Of a DNA stretch of 64,000 nt, positions 9,107 to 17,870 are shown in pieces. The first letter of the stretch is position 1, and every line of letters begins with the position of its first letter. Source of the stretch: an uncultured Winogradskyella sp. (GTDB lineage Bacteria; Bacteroidota; Bacteroidia; Flavobacteriales; Flavobacteriaceae). The notes beneath the pieces are model-generated. The model saw only the letters and a program-made list of their open reading frames with translations. It had not been told where the DNA came from and ran no database searches. A program made the translations under genes and the position numbers. The DNA lies in NCBI RefSeq assembly GCF_947496485.1, contig NZ_CANMCZ010000001.1, forward strand, positions 55,596-119,595. The letters are read 5' to 3'.

Positions 9107-9466
9107 ATGCTAACAATTAGCAAGTACACAAAGTTTGTCCCATACCTCTATTTTTTATCTGTAATAACCTACTGGTTTTCTCATATAATGAAGAGCGAAG
9201 GTAGTTCTGCTTATCTTATCTTGTTGTTTGGCATTCCTTTTTTATGGCAATTGATAAAGCCAAGTAGAAAACTAAATTTCTCTTTGGGAATCATATTTGT
9301 TTGCCTTTCTTCGTATTTAATATTGGCTTATTTATCTGATTTATTTAACATTATTGACTGGTCAGAGTCTTCCAAACGCTTTCTTTTTTATGGAGGATTG
9401 CTTGTTGTTTGCAACTTTGTAATGTCGCTTTGGATTGTTAGAAATAGTATTAAAAAAGTGTTTTAA
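9107..9466 (+). CDS. Hypothetical 4-TM membrane protein
   Basis: 119 aa, four hydrophobic segments, no recognised motif. Confidence 0.7.
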   Translation: MLTISKYTKFVPYLYFLSVITYWFSHIMKSEGSSAYLILLFGIPFLWQLIKPSRKLNFSLGIIFVCLSSYLILAYLSDLFNIIDWSESSKRFLFYGGLLVVCNFVMSLWIVRNSIKKVF

Positions 9467-9471
9467 AAAGT

Positions 9472-9479
9472 TATCTTTG
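9472..9479 (+). promoter_or_regulatory. -7 promoter element TATCTTTG
   Basis: Matches TAnnTTTG upstream of the ORF at 9506. Confidence 0.55.
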
Positions 9480-9505
9480 CGCGATACTATTTAAGTAATA
9501 AAACA

Positions 9506-10045
9506 TTGAAAAAAATCGGTGATTTAAATTTAAAAAAGCTAAAAGTTTTTTTTTGCTTTTCATTATTTGCAACATTTTTTAGTTGCCCCTCAGATGATTG
9601 TACTAAAACAATAAGTATCCCTCAAGTATATTTCGTAGGAAATCAAAGTTATACATCTTATATAACCCAAGAAGTTCCATGTAATTTTCCAGAACCTTCA
9701 GATCCAGATGTTATTGGAATTCCATTTTTAGAGAACTTCACTTATCAGATATTAAGTTTCAATTATATTGCTCAAACATCAAATAATACTACAATTTTAC
9801 AATTTGAAATTCAGCTTAATAATAACAATGATTTCGATGTGTTTGGAGTTCCATATATTACAACAACAACTGGCGACATACAAGTTTCTACTGCTAACTA
9901 TGCTAATGACGCGTCAAATTCTTGTTCTGAAATCTCAGCAAATTCGAGCTGTATATTTTCATTTGATCAAGAGTATGTAATAGAATCTTCACCTCCTTCA
10001 GAAACATTTGAAATAATAAATGTAGAATATATAGAAATTGACTGA
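9506..10045 (+). CDS. Hypothetical exported/lipoprotein, beta-rich
   Basis: TTG start, hydrophobic leader ending FFSC (lipobox-like), several Cys residues. Confidence 0.6.
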   Translation: MKKIGDLNLKKLKVFFCFSLFATFFSCPSDDCTKTISIPQVYFVGNQSYTSYITQEVPCNFPEPSDPDVIGIPFLENFTYQILSFNYIAQTSNNTTILQFEIQLNNNNDFDVFGVPYITTTTGDIQVSTANYANDASNSCSEISANSSCIFSFDQEYVIESSPPSETFEIINVEYIEID

Positions 10046-10088
10046 ACCGATTAATACAACTAGCTCTAATCTACTTGCATAATAATAG

Positions 10089-10096
10089 TATCTTTG
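10089..10096 (+). promoter_or_regulatory. -7 promoter element TATCTTTG for kdsA
   Basis: TAnnTTTG about 25 nt upstream of the ATG at 10121. Confidence 0.6.
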
Positions 10097-10120
10097 AGCT
10101 GTAATCATCTTTACAGATTT

Positions 10121-10939
10121 ATGAAATTAAATAGTATTCCTAAACTAAAACATACAGAATCCGATAATTTCTTTCTGCTTTGTGGTCCTTGCGCCATTGA
10201 AGGGGAAGATATGGCACTTCGTATTGCGGAAAAAGTTATTTCTATAACGGATAAGTTACAAATTCCATATGTTTTTAAGGGTAGTTTTAAAAAAGCCAAT
10301 AGAAGTAGAATTGATAGTTTTACAGGCATCGGAAATGAAAAAGCCTTGAAAATTTTGAAAAAAGTATCTGAAACTTTTGACGTACCTACAGTTACTGATA
10401 TTCACGAAGTTTCAGATGCAGCAATGGCTGCAGAATATGTCGATGTTTTACAAATTCCTGCATTTTTAGTTCGCCAGACAGATTTGGTAGTTGCTGCAGC
10501 AAAAACAGGAAAAGTGGTCAACTTAAAAAAAGGCCAATTTATGAGTCCTGAAGCGATGAAACATGCCGTTAAAAAAGTCAAAGATGCAGGAAACGATAAA
10601 GCATGGATTACAGATAGAGGTACTATGTTTGGCTACCAAGATATGATTGTAGATTTTAGAGGTATTCCAACCATGCGGCAATATGCTCCAACAGTTTTAG
10701 ACGTAACGCACTCTTTGCAACAACCTAACCAAAGTGCAGGTGTTACAGGTGGTCGACCAGATATGATCGAAACTATTGCTAGAGCTGGAGTCGTAAATAA
10801 TGTGGATGGCTTGTTCATTGAAACCCATTTTGATCCTGCTAATGCTAAAAGTGATGGCGCTAATATGCTTCACTTAGATAATTTGGAGGCATTGTTGAGC
10901 AATTTGGTGGCTATAAGAAAGTTGGTTACTTCTTTTTAG
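10121..10939 (+). CDS. kdsA: 3-deoxy-8-phosphooctulonate (KDO8P) synthase
   Basis: GPCAIE, FKKANRS, QIPAFLVRQTDL, KKGQF, DVTHSLQQP and FIETH motifs; start MKLNS at 10121. Confidence 0.97.
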   Translation: MKLNSIPKLKHTESDNFFLLCGPCAIEGEDMALRIAEKVISITDKLQIPYVFKGSFKKANRSRIDSFTGIGNEKALKILKKVSETFDVPTVTDIHEVSDAAMAAEYVDVLQIPAFLVRQTDLVVAAAKTGKVVNLKKGQFMSPEAMKHAVKKVKDAGNDKAWITDRGTMFGYQDMIVDFRGIPTMRQYAPTVLDVTHSLQQPNQSAGVTGGRPDMIETIARAGVVNNVDGLFIETHFDPANAKSDGANMLHLDNLEALLSNLVAIRKLVTSF

Positions 10940-11312
10940 ACTTAGGTTTCAAAATTAATTTAAACGGATTAGTATTAATTTCCAACTGCTTTTCAAGGAC
11001 ATACACCACAACCTCATCATTAATATCTTCGACAGATTTATAGCGTAATGATCGAATTGATTTTCGGTTGGCATCCACAAAATGTTCTGTGAATTCATCC
11101 ATTTTATCAAAATGCCAAAAGGCTAAGTCCACGTAATCTTTAGATTGGTTCAAAAAGCATAGTGGAATACCATTACAATAATAAAAAGGAATACGCCATT
11201 TATATAAAAGCTCTGTATTTGGTGCAACAGCTTCTACTATAGCTTGTAATTGCAACAAGATAGACTTATAAGGCTCTGATTGTTTTAATATGTATGCTTC
11301 TGCAGGATTCAA
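10926..11312 (-). CDS. DUF1801 (YdhG-like) domain protein
   Basis: ELLYKWRIPFYY...CFLN...VDLAF pattern; 128 aa. Confidence 0.75.
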   Translation of the reverse strand: MNPAEAYILKQSEPYKSILLQLQAIVEAVAPNTELLYKWRIPFYYCNGIPLCFLNQSKDYVDLAFWHFDKMDEFTEHFVDANRKSIRSLRYKSVEDINDEVVVYVLEKQLEINTNPFKLILKPKSKKK

Positions 11313-11319
11313 AATTACT

Positions 11320-11673
11320 TTAGAAAAGTCTAATTAACCCAATTACAATTAATGCGATACCAATAATAGCTTTAAAAGGCATTAGTTTGGCAGAAAGCTT
11401 TCTCAAACTTGTTTCCATAGCTGGCACTTTCCCAAAAACATGAGTCAATAACAAAAGGCCACCTAAAATACTAGCAATACTAAATAGAACATTACCCCAA
11501 AAAGTAAGTATTGCTAAAACGACCAATGCACCTCCAATAACCGTTTGAAATGGTGCTAAAAATCCTGCAATTTTATTAAAGAAGTTACTTTCACCGTCCC
11601 ATTTATCTAGTGTGGCAAGACCAAGTAATAATCCACCCGCTATGTTAGCAATTATTAAAAGTAATGAAATCAT
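11320..11673 (-). CDS. Hypothetical membrane protein (4 TM, Gly-rich)
   Basis: 117 aa hydrophobic ORF. Confidence 0.7.
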   Translation of the reverse strand: MISLLLIIANIAGGLLLGLATLDKWDGESNFFNKIAGFLAPFQTVIGGALVVLAILTFWGNVLFSIASILGGLLLLTHVFGKVPAMETSLRKLSAKLMPFKAIIGIALIVIGLIRLF

Positions 11674-11753
11674 AATTCTATAGTGCTTTAATGTTAGTTT
11701 ATAAATTTAGTTAAATCTCTAAAATATATTTGTTGAAATGAAATATTTTATTT

Positions 11754-11772
11754 TACTTTGTATTTCAAAGTA
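11754..11772. promoter_or_regulatory. Palindromic operator TACTTTG-N5-CAAAGTA, copy 1
   Basis: TACTTTGtatttCAAAGTA ending 9 nt before the ATG at 11782; identical arms at 13881-13899. Confidence 0.75.
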
Positions 11773-11781
11773 CTTTTTATT

Positions 11782-12399
11782 ATGAGCAACGAAGATTATT
11801 TAAAAGACATCAGCGAGATTAAAAATTTAATGAATAAATCGTCTCGTTTTATTTCATTGAGTGGTTTATCAGGAGTTTTAGCAGGCATTTATGCTTTGAT
11901 TGGTGCAGCAATTGCGTATTGGTTAGTGAACTCTTATAGTGGTGGAACATTGTTCATTTTTCATGGTTGGGTATTTTGGACTTCAATGTTTGTGCTTCTT
12001 ATGGTAGCTCTGCTAAGCGCAGTAACTGGCATAATATTAACAACTCGTAAAGCAAAACAAAACGACGAAAAGATATGGGACAGTTCCTCTAAGCGCCTAC
12101 TCTTAAATTTTTTAATTCCTTTAATAGTTGGCGGTATTTATTGTCTTATAATTCTAGATCAAGGAAGATACGGTCAAACAGGAGGTTTAATGCTAATATT
12201 TTATGGTTTGGCATTGGTTAGTGCTTCAAAATACAGCATAGGTGATATTAAGTATTTAGGATATATTGAAATTGTATTGGGCCTTATAGCGAGTTATTAT
12301 CCAGGCTATGGATTTTGGCTTTGGATAATTGGTTTTGGAATTATGCATATTATTTATGGTACTTGGATGCATTTTAAATATGACGTAAAACAACAGTAA
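11782..12399 (+). CDS. Conserved Bacteroidota 6-TM membrane protein usually paired with a winged-helix regulator
   Basis: MSNEDYLKDISEIKNLMNKSSRFISLSGLSG N-terminus and GFGIMHIIYG C-terminus; start at 11782. Confidence 0.8.
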   Translation: MSNEDYLKDISEIKNLMNKSSRFISLSGLSGVLAGIYALIGAAIAYWLVNSYSGGTLFIFHGWVFWTSMFVLLMVALLSAVTGIILTTRKAKQNDEKIWDSSSKRLLLNFLIPLIVGGIYCLIILDQGRYGQTGGLMLIFYGLALVSASKYSIGDIKYLGYIEIVLGLIASYYPGYGFWLWIIGFGIMHIIYGTWMHFKYDVKQQ

Positions 12400-12400
12400 A

Positions 12401-12769
12401 ATGAATAAAAATTATACTATTTTTTTTATTATAGTTATAATGATTACTTTTTCATGTCACCATAGCGAAGGAAATTTTAATATTTCGAATGAAAGTGATT
12501 TTGATATTGATTCTTTATTCATCATACCAGACTCAAAAACAGATTATGTAAGCTTAAAAAAGAGTGAAAAAATTCATTATAAGACACAAATGAATGAGGC
12601 AAAATCAGATGGTAACTATTGAATTTATTTCAAAAAATCTAAATCTTTTGAATCTGTATTTCAAAAATTTGGATATTTCACTAATGGATATCAAATAGAG
12701 GATGTTATAAATATTAGAATTTTAAATGATACTATTATAGTTGATAGTAAATTTGATAATTCTTATTAA
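12401..12769 (+). pseudogene. Lipoprotein ORF interrupted by an in-frame TGA at 12620-12622
   Basis: Lipobox ITFSC. After the TGA the same frame stays open for 48 more codons (IYFKKSKSFESVFQKFGYFTNGYQIEDVINIRILNDTIIVDSKFDNSY) to TAA at 12767-12769. Confidence 0.65.
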
Positions 12770-12775
12770 AACAAG

Positions 12776-12797
12776 GAGATTCCTGCTTTCGCAGGAA
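12776..12797. repeat. REP-like GC hairpin GAGATTCCTGC-TTTC-GCAGGAA
   Basis: 7-bp stem ttcctgc/gcaggaa with a 4-nt loop; resembles the widespread ATTCCYGC-N4-GCRGGAAT REP class. Confidence 0.55.
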
Positions 12798-12802
12798 ATA
12801 AT

Positions 12803-13096
12803 ATGAGCATAATAACTAACATAAATAAACTCTTTGACCATAGGATTAGACTAGGTATTATGTCTATACTAATGGTAAACGAGTATGCAGATTTTAATAT
12901 GCTAAAAGAGTTGTTAGGAGCCACAGATGGTAATTTAGCGAGTCACACAAAAGCATTAGAAAAAGCTGAATATATTTTGGTTGAAAAGCAATTTATAGGC
13001 CGAAAACCAAATACAAGATATAGTGTTACAAAGCTTGGAAAAGCTGAATTTAAAAAACATATAGAAGCACTAGAAAAATTAATTAAGAAAGCATGA
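12803..13096 (+). CDS. Winged helix-turn-helix transcriptional regulator (ArsR/MarR-like, HTH_34 type)
   Basis: RIRLGIMSILM...DFNMLKELLGATDGNLASH...VEKQFIGRKPNTRY. Confidence 0.9.
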   Translation: MSIITNINKLFDHRIRLGIMSILMVNEYADFNMLKELLGATDGNLASHTKALEKAEYILVEKQFIGRKPNTRYSVTKLGKAEFKKHIEALEKLIKKA

Positions 13097-13857
13097 CAAA
13101 CTTCGTAGACAAAAATTCTATAGTCAGAGAAATTTGGGGTACAAGCGATACAATTCTGCTAGTATTTGCAGGTGCTTCAGCTGAATTTGCGCTCAACAAG
13201 TCTGTGGATTGGCTATACTTTACTGGCAAACTTCCTAAAGATCCTTTAGGAAGACTATTCTCAACAGTAAATTATGCTAAAGCTATAGTCTTTTCAGAAA
13301 AAGAAGCCGCTATAAAAGCTATTGATAATATAACAGCAATTCATGCTTCGGTTGAACGTAAACGAGGTCAATCCATACCAGATTGGGCTTACAAAGATGT
13401 TTTGTTTATGTTAATTGATTATTCTATTCGGTCGTATGAAATTCTAGAACGACCTTTATTAACTAAAGAAAAACAAGACGTTCTAAATGTATTTAATAAG
13501 GTAGGAAATAGAATGGGTTTAAAAAACTTGCCTCTCTCCTATTCAGAATTTGAAACCATCAGAGAAAAGCATTTAAAGGAAAACCTAAATAATGGCGAAC
13601 TCACAAAAGATCTCTACAAACAATACAGAAAGCATTTAGGTTTTTTTAGATATAAGTTGTTATTAGAATCTCAAATATTACTTGTGCCTAATACAGTAAA
13701 GCAACAGATGAAGTTTAGAAAAACGTCACTACTAAAACCCAATATTTGGTTATATAAAATATTTAGAAATTTAAATTTAGATTGGCTTGTTAAGGAAATG
13801 ATACTGCCAACAGCATACAAACAAGATATTAAACGATTGAACATAACATCTAATTAA
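13093..13857 (+). CDS. Oxygenase MpaB / DUF2236 family protein
   Basis: FAGASAEFAL, DPLGRLFSTV and ITAIHASVE...AYKDVL motifs; ATGA overlap with the regulator gene. Confidence 0.75.
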   Translation: MTNFVDKNSIVREIWGTSDTILLVFAGASAEFALNKSVDWLYFTGKLPKDPLGRLFSTVNYAKAIVFSEKEAAIKAIDNITAIHASVERKRGQSIPDWAYKDVLFMLIDYSIRSYEILERPLLTKEKQDVLNVFNKVGNRMGLKNLPLSYSEFETIREKHLKENLNNGELTKDLYKQYRKHLGFFRYKLLLESQILLVPNTVKQQMKFRKTSLLKPNIWLYKIFRNLNLDWLVKEMILPTAYKQDIKRLNITSN

Positions 13858-13880
13858 CAGAAACATTTTTTTTAATCATT

Positions 13881-13899
13881 TACTTTGAAAAACAAAGTA
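13881..13899. promoter_or_regulatory. Palindromic operator TACTTTG-N5-CAAAGTA, copy 2
   Basis: TACTTTGaaaaaCAAAGTA ending 17 nt before the ATG at 13917. Confidence 0.75.
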
Positions 13900-13916
13900 C
13901 TTTTAATAATTATTAT

Positions 13917-15302
13917 ATGAAACAACTATTATTATTTATCGGAGCCTTTTTATTTAGCACTCTATTCTACGACAAAAGTATCGGGCTTAATCTATTTTTA
14001 TTCAGTTTAGTTACACTAGTTGTTCTTTTTGTAAATAACCAAGACGACTTTAAGAATAAAAAAACGATCCTCTACTCTAGCTTATACCTCATAACTGGTA
14101 TAGCTGTTTTTTTTCATGATTCTTTAGTTGCTGTTATTGCTAATTTTGTATCCTTTTTTACTTTAATTGGATTACTATCTGAACATAAATCTTCAATTTA
14201 CATCAATTGGCTGAATGGATTATACACCACTATTGCTGGCGTATTCCATCGTAATTTTTCAGTGAATGAAATCACTCAAGAAGTAGAATCTAAAAAGCAA
14301 GTAGATTATATACATTTAACTAAGATTATATTAATTCCTACAATAATCGTAATAATATTTATTGGTCTTTATCAAAATGGGAACCCTTTATTTAGCAACT
14401 TAATCGAAAAGATAGATTTTAGTTTTATAAACTTTCAGTGGCTGCTTTTTGCTGGTTTGGGCTATTATTTGTTTACAAACATTCACAAACCCATAGAAGT
14501 TGAACCTGCAACAGAAATTGATTTAACAACTGGAAATGATCTATCTCAAACTAACCAATTTTCAATTCCGAAGTTAAAACAAGAAAACCAATTAGGCATT
14601 ATTCTCATTTCTCTTCTTAATGTGTTAATTGTAATTTTCTTGATAACAGATATAACCTTTATTGCCTCGAATATAGACATTAGAGCATCATTGTTTTCAG
14701 ATCAAGTACATAGTGGCATCAATGCTTTAATAGCTTCTATAGTAATTGCTATCATCATTTTATTATATGTATTTAGAGGTGATATCAATTTTTATAAAGA
14801 AAACAAAACGCTCAAAAAACTTGCTTTTACTTGGATTGTTCTCAACACAACTCTGGTGCTTAGTATAGCCGTAAAAGATTTTCAGTATATCTATTATTTT
14901 GGTCTTACTTATAAACGTATTGGTGTTTTAGTGTATTTAATACTTACAGTTACTGGTCTTATTACTACACTATTTAAAATCGATAAAGTAAAAAATATCT
15001 GGTATTTATTAAGGCTCAATACCAAAGCAGCTTTTATAGTTCTCATTTTGGCAAGTGCCATTAATTGGGATTACCACATTACCAACTACAATTTCAACTA
15101 TGCGAAGTCAATGGATTTTAACTACCTCATTGAACTGTCTAACAACAATACGTTCCTACTGAAAGAACAAGCTGAAACCAAAACTATGAGTCAAGATTCA
15201 GTGCAACGCATCGAAGAAAAATACAACAAATATGTCTATGAACTCAGAACCAATTCTTGGCAAGAATTACAGTACGATAATTTAAAACTAGAAACAAAAT
15301 AG
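13917..15302 (+). CDS. DUF4173/DUF4153 family polytopic membrane protein
   Basis: GNPLFSNL, QVHSGINALIASI and YGLT-like FGLTYKRIGV motifs; many TM segments. Confidence 0.8.
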   Translation: MKQLLLFIGAFLFSTLFYDKSIGLNLFLFSLVTLVVLFVNNQDDFKNKKTILYSSLYLITGIAVFFHDSLVAVIANFVSFFTLIGLLSEHKSSIYINWLNGLYTTIAGVFHRNFSVNEITQEVESKKQVDYIHLTKIILIPTIIVIIFIGLYQNGNPLFSNLIEKIDFSFINFQWLLFAGLGYYLFTNIHKPIEVEPATEIDLTTGNDLSQTNQFSIPKLKQENQLGIILISLLNVLIVIFLITDITFIASNIDIRASLFSDQVHSGINALIASIVIAIIILLYVFRGDINFYKENKTLKKLAFTWIVLNTTLVLSIAVKDFQYIYYFGLTYKRIGVLVYLILTVTGLITTLFKIDKVKNIWYLLRLNTKAAFIVLILASAINWDYHITNYNFNYAKSMDFNYLIELSNNNTFLLKEQAETKTMSQDSVQRIEEKYNKYVYELRTNSWQELQYDNLKLETK

Positions 15303-15303
15303 G

Positions 15304-15630
15304 ATGATTGCCTTAATATTATTTGCCTTCATTTTTATAGTACTAATGACCTTTATTATCATTAGACTGAGCATATCTTGCTTGTTTTGGGCCTCAACAA
15401 ACCCAAAAGACAAACTACATGTATTTAAGGTTTACTTCCCTTATTACATTATCGCTCTGTTTGTAATATGCCTCACATTTATTATAAAGTTTGACAAAAA
15501 TCTATTAGCTATTTACTATTTCTCTTCGGTTTATATCATAGCATTACTCATTTGGAGAAGTGAGTTAAAATCGAGTCTAAAAAAGATTAAAAATTTTGCC
15601 GTTGAACCAAATCATTCCAATATATCATGA
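15304..15630 (+). CDS. Hypothetical 3-TM membrane protein
   Basis: 108 aa hydrophobic ORF tightly packed within the operon. Confidence 0.55.
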   Translation: MIALILFAFIFIVLMTFIIIRLSISCLFWASTNPKDKLHVFKVYFPYYIIALFVICLTFIIKFDKNLLAIYYFSSVYIIALLIWRSELKSSLKKIKNFAVEPNHSNIS

Positions 15631-16148
15631 ACAACCTATTATTTCATAAAATAAAATCCTTGAGAAAGCAACTTATCATTTGGCTATTTGAACATTCGCA
15701 ACGCATATATACTTCCATGTTTAAAAAGCATGAATCTTGGAATATAACCAAAGTCGATTTGCTAAATCTATCTCAACCTACTTTCGGAAGACACCTTGGT
15801 GAATTCTTAGACAAAAATAACTTTGAGTTAATTCCAAAGGTTGAACGACACGATTGCTATCATGTGCTTTGCGGTTACAGCACCAGAGTTGAAGACGAAA
15901 TTGCCCTACAATGTCTCTGTTATGGTAATGGAAAACGCAGTCCCTATTTGTATGGAGCTATTATTCTTGGTGTTGCTATTCTTCCAGATTATTACAAATA
16001 CTATTATAGGTCATACAAAACAGGAAAACGAGCTCATCCGTTTCATCATTTCAACTACAAGAAACTTTTAAACGTATCTATAAAAGACTTTAGAGAAGCC
16101 ATTTTTCCAAAATCAGAATTATTAGAACTTAATCTATCCTATCTATGA
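15627..16148 (+). CDS. Coq4-like protein (HDxxH motif)
   Basis: ERHDCYHVLCGYSTRVEDEIALQ matches the Coq4 HDxxH...E metal-binding motif. Confidence 0.7.
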   Translation: MNNLLFHKIKSLRKQLIIWLFEHSQRIYTSMFKKHESWNITKVDLLNLSQPTFGRHLGEFLDKNNFELIPKVERHDCYHVLCGYSTRVEDEIALQCLCYGNGKRSPYLYGAIILGVAILPDYYKYYYRSYKTGKRAHPFHHFNYKKLLNVSIKDFREAIFPKSELLELNLSYL

Positions 16149-16768
16149 AAAAACTTAAAATCATTCTATTACTAACAATATTGACGGCATTTGGTGTTTT
16201 TATCACCTACCATTGGATGAGTTTTAAAACTAAAAACCTTGTTTATGATACTGTTAATGCTATTCCAAAGAATAAAGTAGGATTAGTATTAGGAACAGGT
16301 AAATATGCTTCTAACGGTAACGTTAATTTGTTTTACAAATACAGAATTGATGCTGCTGTAGAATTATACAAAGCAGGAAAAATAGAGTTTATCCTAGTAA
16401 GCGGAGATAATGGCAGAAAAGACTATGACGAGCCTACTGACTTTAAAAATGATTTAATAAAAAAAGGTATTCCTGAAGATAAGATTTACCTCGATTATGC
16501 AGGCTTTAGAACTTTAGATTCTATGGTTAGAGCAAAAGAAATTTTTAATCAGACTTCCATAACCGTCATTTCACAAAAATTTCATAACCAGCGTGCCATT
16601 TATATTGCTAGTCATTTTAATATTGATGCTGTTGGGTTTAATGCAAAAAATCCCAAAAGAGGAAGAATGCCACAAGCACGCGAATATTTAGCGCGCTCTA
16701 AAGCAAGTTTAGATTTAGTTTTTAATGTTCAACCCAAATTTTTAGGTAAACAAATTAACATACAATAA
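16145..16768 (+). CDS. sanA: SanA/YdcF (DUF218) family protein
   Basis: GLVLGT, ILVSGDN, DYAGFRTLDS, ISQKFHNQRA and REYLAR motifs. Confidence 0.9.
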   Translation: MKKLKIILLLTILTAFGVFITYHWMSFKTKNLVYDTVNAIPKNKVGLVLGTGKYASNGNVNLFYKYRIDAAVELYKAGKIEFILVSGDNGRKDYDEPTDFKNDLIKKGIPEDKIYLDYAGFRTLDSMVRAKEIFNQTSITVISQKFHNQRAIYIASHFNIDAVGFNAKNPKRGRMPQAREYLARSKASLDLVFNVQPKFLGKQINIQ

Positions 16769-16772
16769 ACCA

Positions 16773-17180
16773 ATGAAACTACAATTCAACAAAAACTATT
16801 TAGTGCTTGCGCATTCATTATTCTTAATAGAATTAGCAATCGCATTTATCATAAAAACAGGATTTATTCGCTACACTTTTGGCGATTATCTTGTTGTCAT
16901 TTTACTATACGCAATTATAAGAGGATGCTCTAGCCTGAGTGTGAGGGCCTCAGCTTTAGTCGTCCTCTTTATTGCTTATGGTATAGAACTACTCCAACTC
17001 ACACCATTCTTAAACTACCTCAATTTACAAGATAGTTTTACTGCTTCGCTAATTTTTGGGAACACTTTTCATTTCACTGATTTAGTAGCCTATACTTTAG
17101 GAATTGGCACTGTATTATTAGTTGAAACTATAATAATTAAATCTGAAGACAAACAAAAAATGAGATTATGGAATCAATAA
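16773..17180 (+). CDS. DUF2809 family membrane protein
   Basis: FIRYTFGDYLVV...IELLQ...GNTFHFTDLVAY pattern. Confidence 0.8.
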   Translation: MKLQFNKNYLVLAHSLFLIELAIAFIIKTGFIRYTFGDYLVVILLYAIIRGCSSLSVRASALVVLFIAYGIELLQLTPFLNYLNLQDSFTASLIFGNTFHFTDLVAYTLGIGTVLLVETIIIKSEDKQKMRLWNQ

Positions 17181-17824
17181 AAGCACTAATTCAAAATAAG
17201 TTTAAAACCTTATCACTCGTTACAATAGCATTAGCATTTAGTGTCATTGTGCTAATAGTACGAATGAAACTAAACAAATCCTTTTTCTTTCTGTTTCTAA
17301 TCTGGAATGTGTTCTTAGCAATAATTCCATACACTGTAACTATGTATCTCGATACAAAATCAAATCTTAGTAAAATTAAACTTGTGTTTTGGTTTCTAGT
17401 TTGGTTAGCATTTCTACCAAATGCTCCTTACATCGTTACAGACCTAATTCATATTAGAATCGGCAACGATTCTCTTTTATGGTTAGATGTATTAGTCGTT
17501 TTATCTTTTGCCCTAAGTGGGTTGTTTTTGTTTTACTTATCAATTCTAGATATGCAAAAATTAATCTCAGAAAACTTTAAGCGCATTCCTGTAGAATCAG
17601 TAACAATACTCGTTTTATTTTTATGTGGCTTTGGTGTATACTTGGGTCGTTTTTTACGTTACAATTCTTGGGAAATTATAAGTCAGCCACATATTTTAAT
17701 TTCAGATATCATTGATATTGTTATTGCCCCATTTCAAAATTTTGAAGCTTGGTTTTTTACTTTAGGCTTTGGTATGTTTCTAGTTGTTGGCTATTGGATG
17801 TTTAAAAATTTGAATAAATCGTAA
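17168..17824 (+). CDS. DUF1361 family membrane protein
   Basis: LIWNVFLAIIP, WLAFLPNAPYIVTDLIH and GVYLGRFLRYNSW motifs. Confidence 0.9.
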   Translation: MESIKALIQNKFKTLSLVTIALAFSVIVLIVRMKLNKSFFFLFLIWNVFLAIIPYTVTMYLDTKSNLSKIKLVFWFLVWLAFLPNAPYIVTDLIHIRIGNDSLLWLDVLVVLSFALSGLFLFYLSILDMQKLISENFKRIPVESVTILVLFLCGFGVYLGRFLRYNSWEIISQPHILISDIIDIVIAPFQNFEAWFFTLGFGMFLVVGYWMFKNLNKS

Positions 17825-17870
17825 CCAGTAACTTAATAAATCGTCTTACTTTTAAGTATAAATAAGAATT

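Noticed and set aside
12620-12622. Selenocysteine recoding of the in-frame TGA
   Set aside because: No redox motif around the codon and no obvious SECIS-like hairpin immediately downstream; no sel genes in the window.
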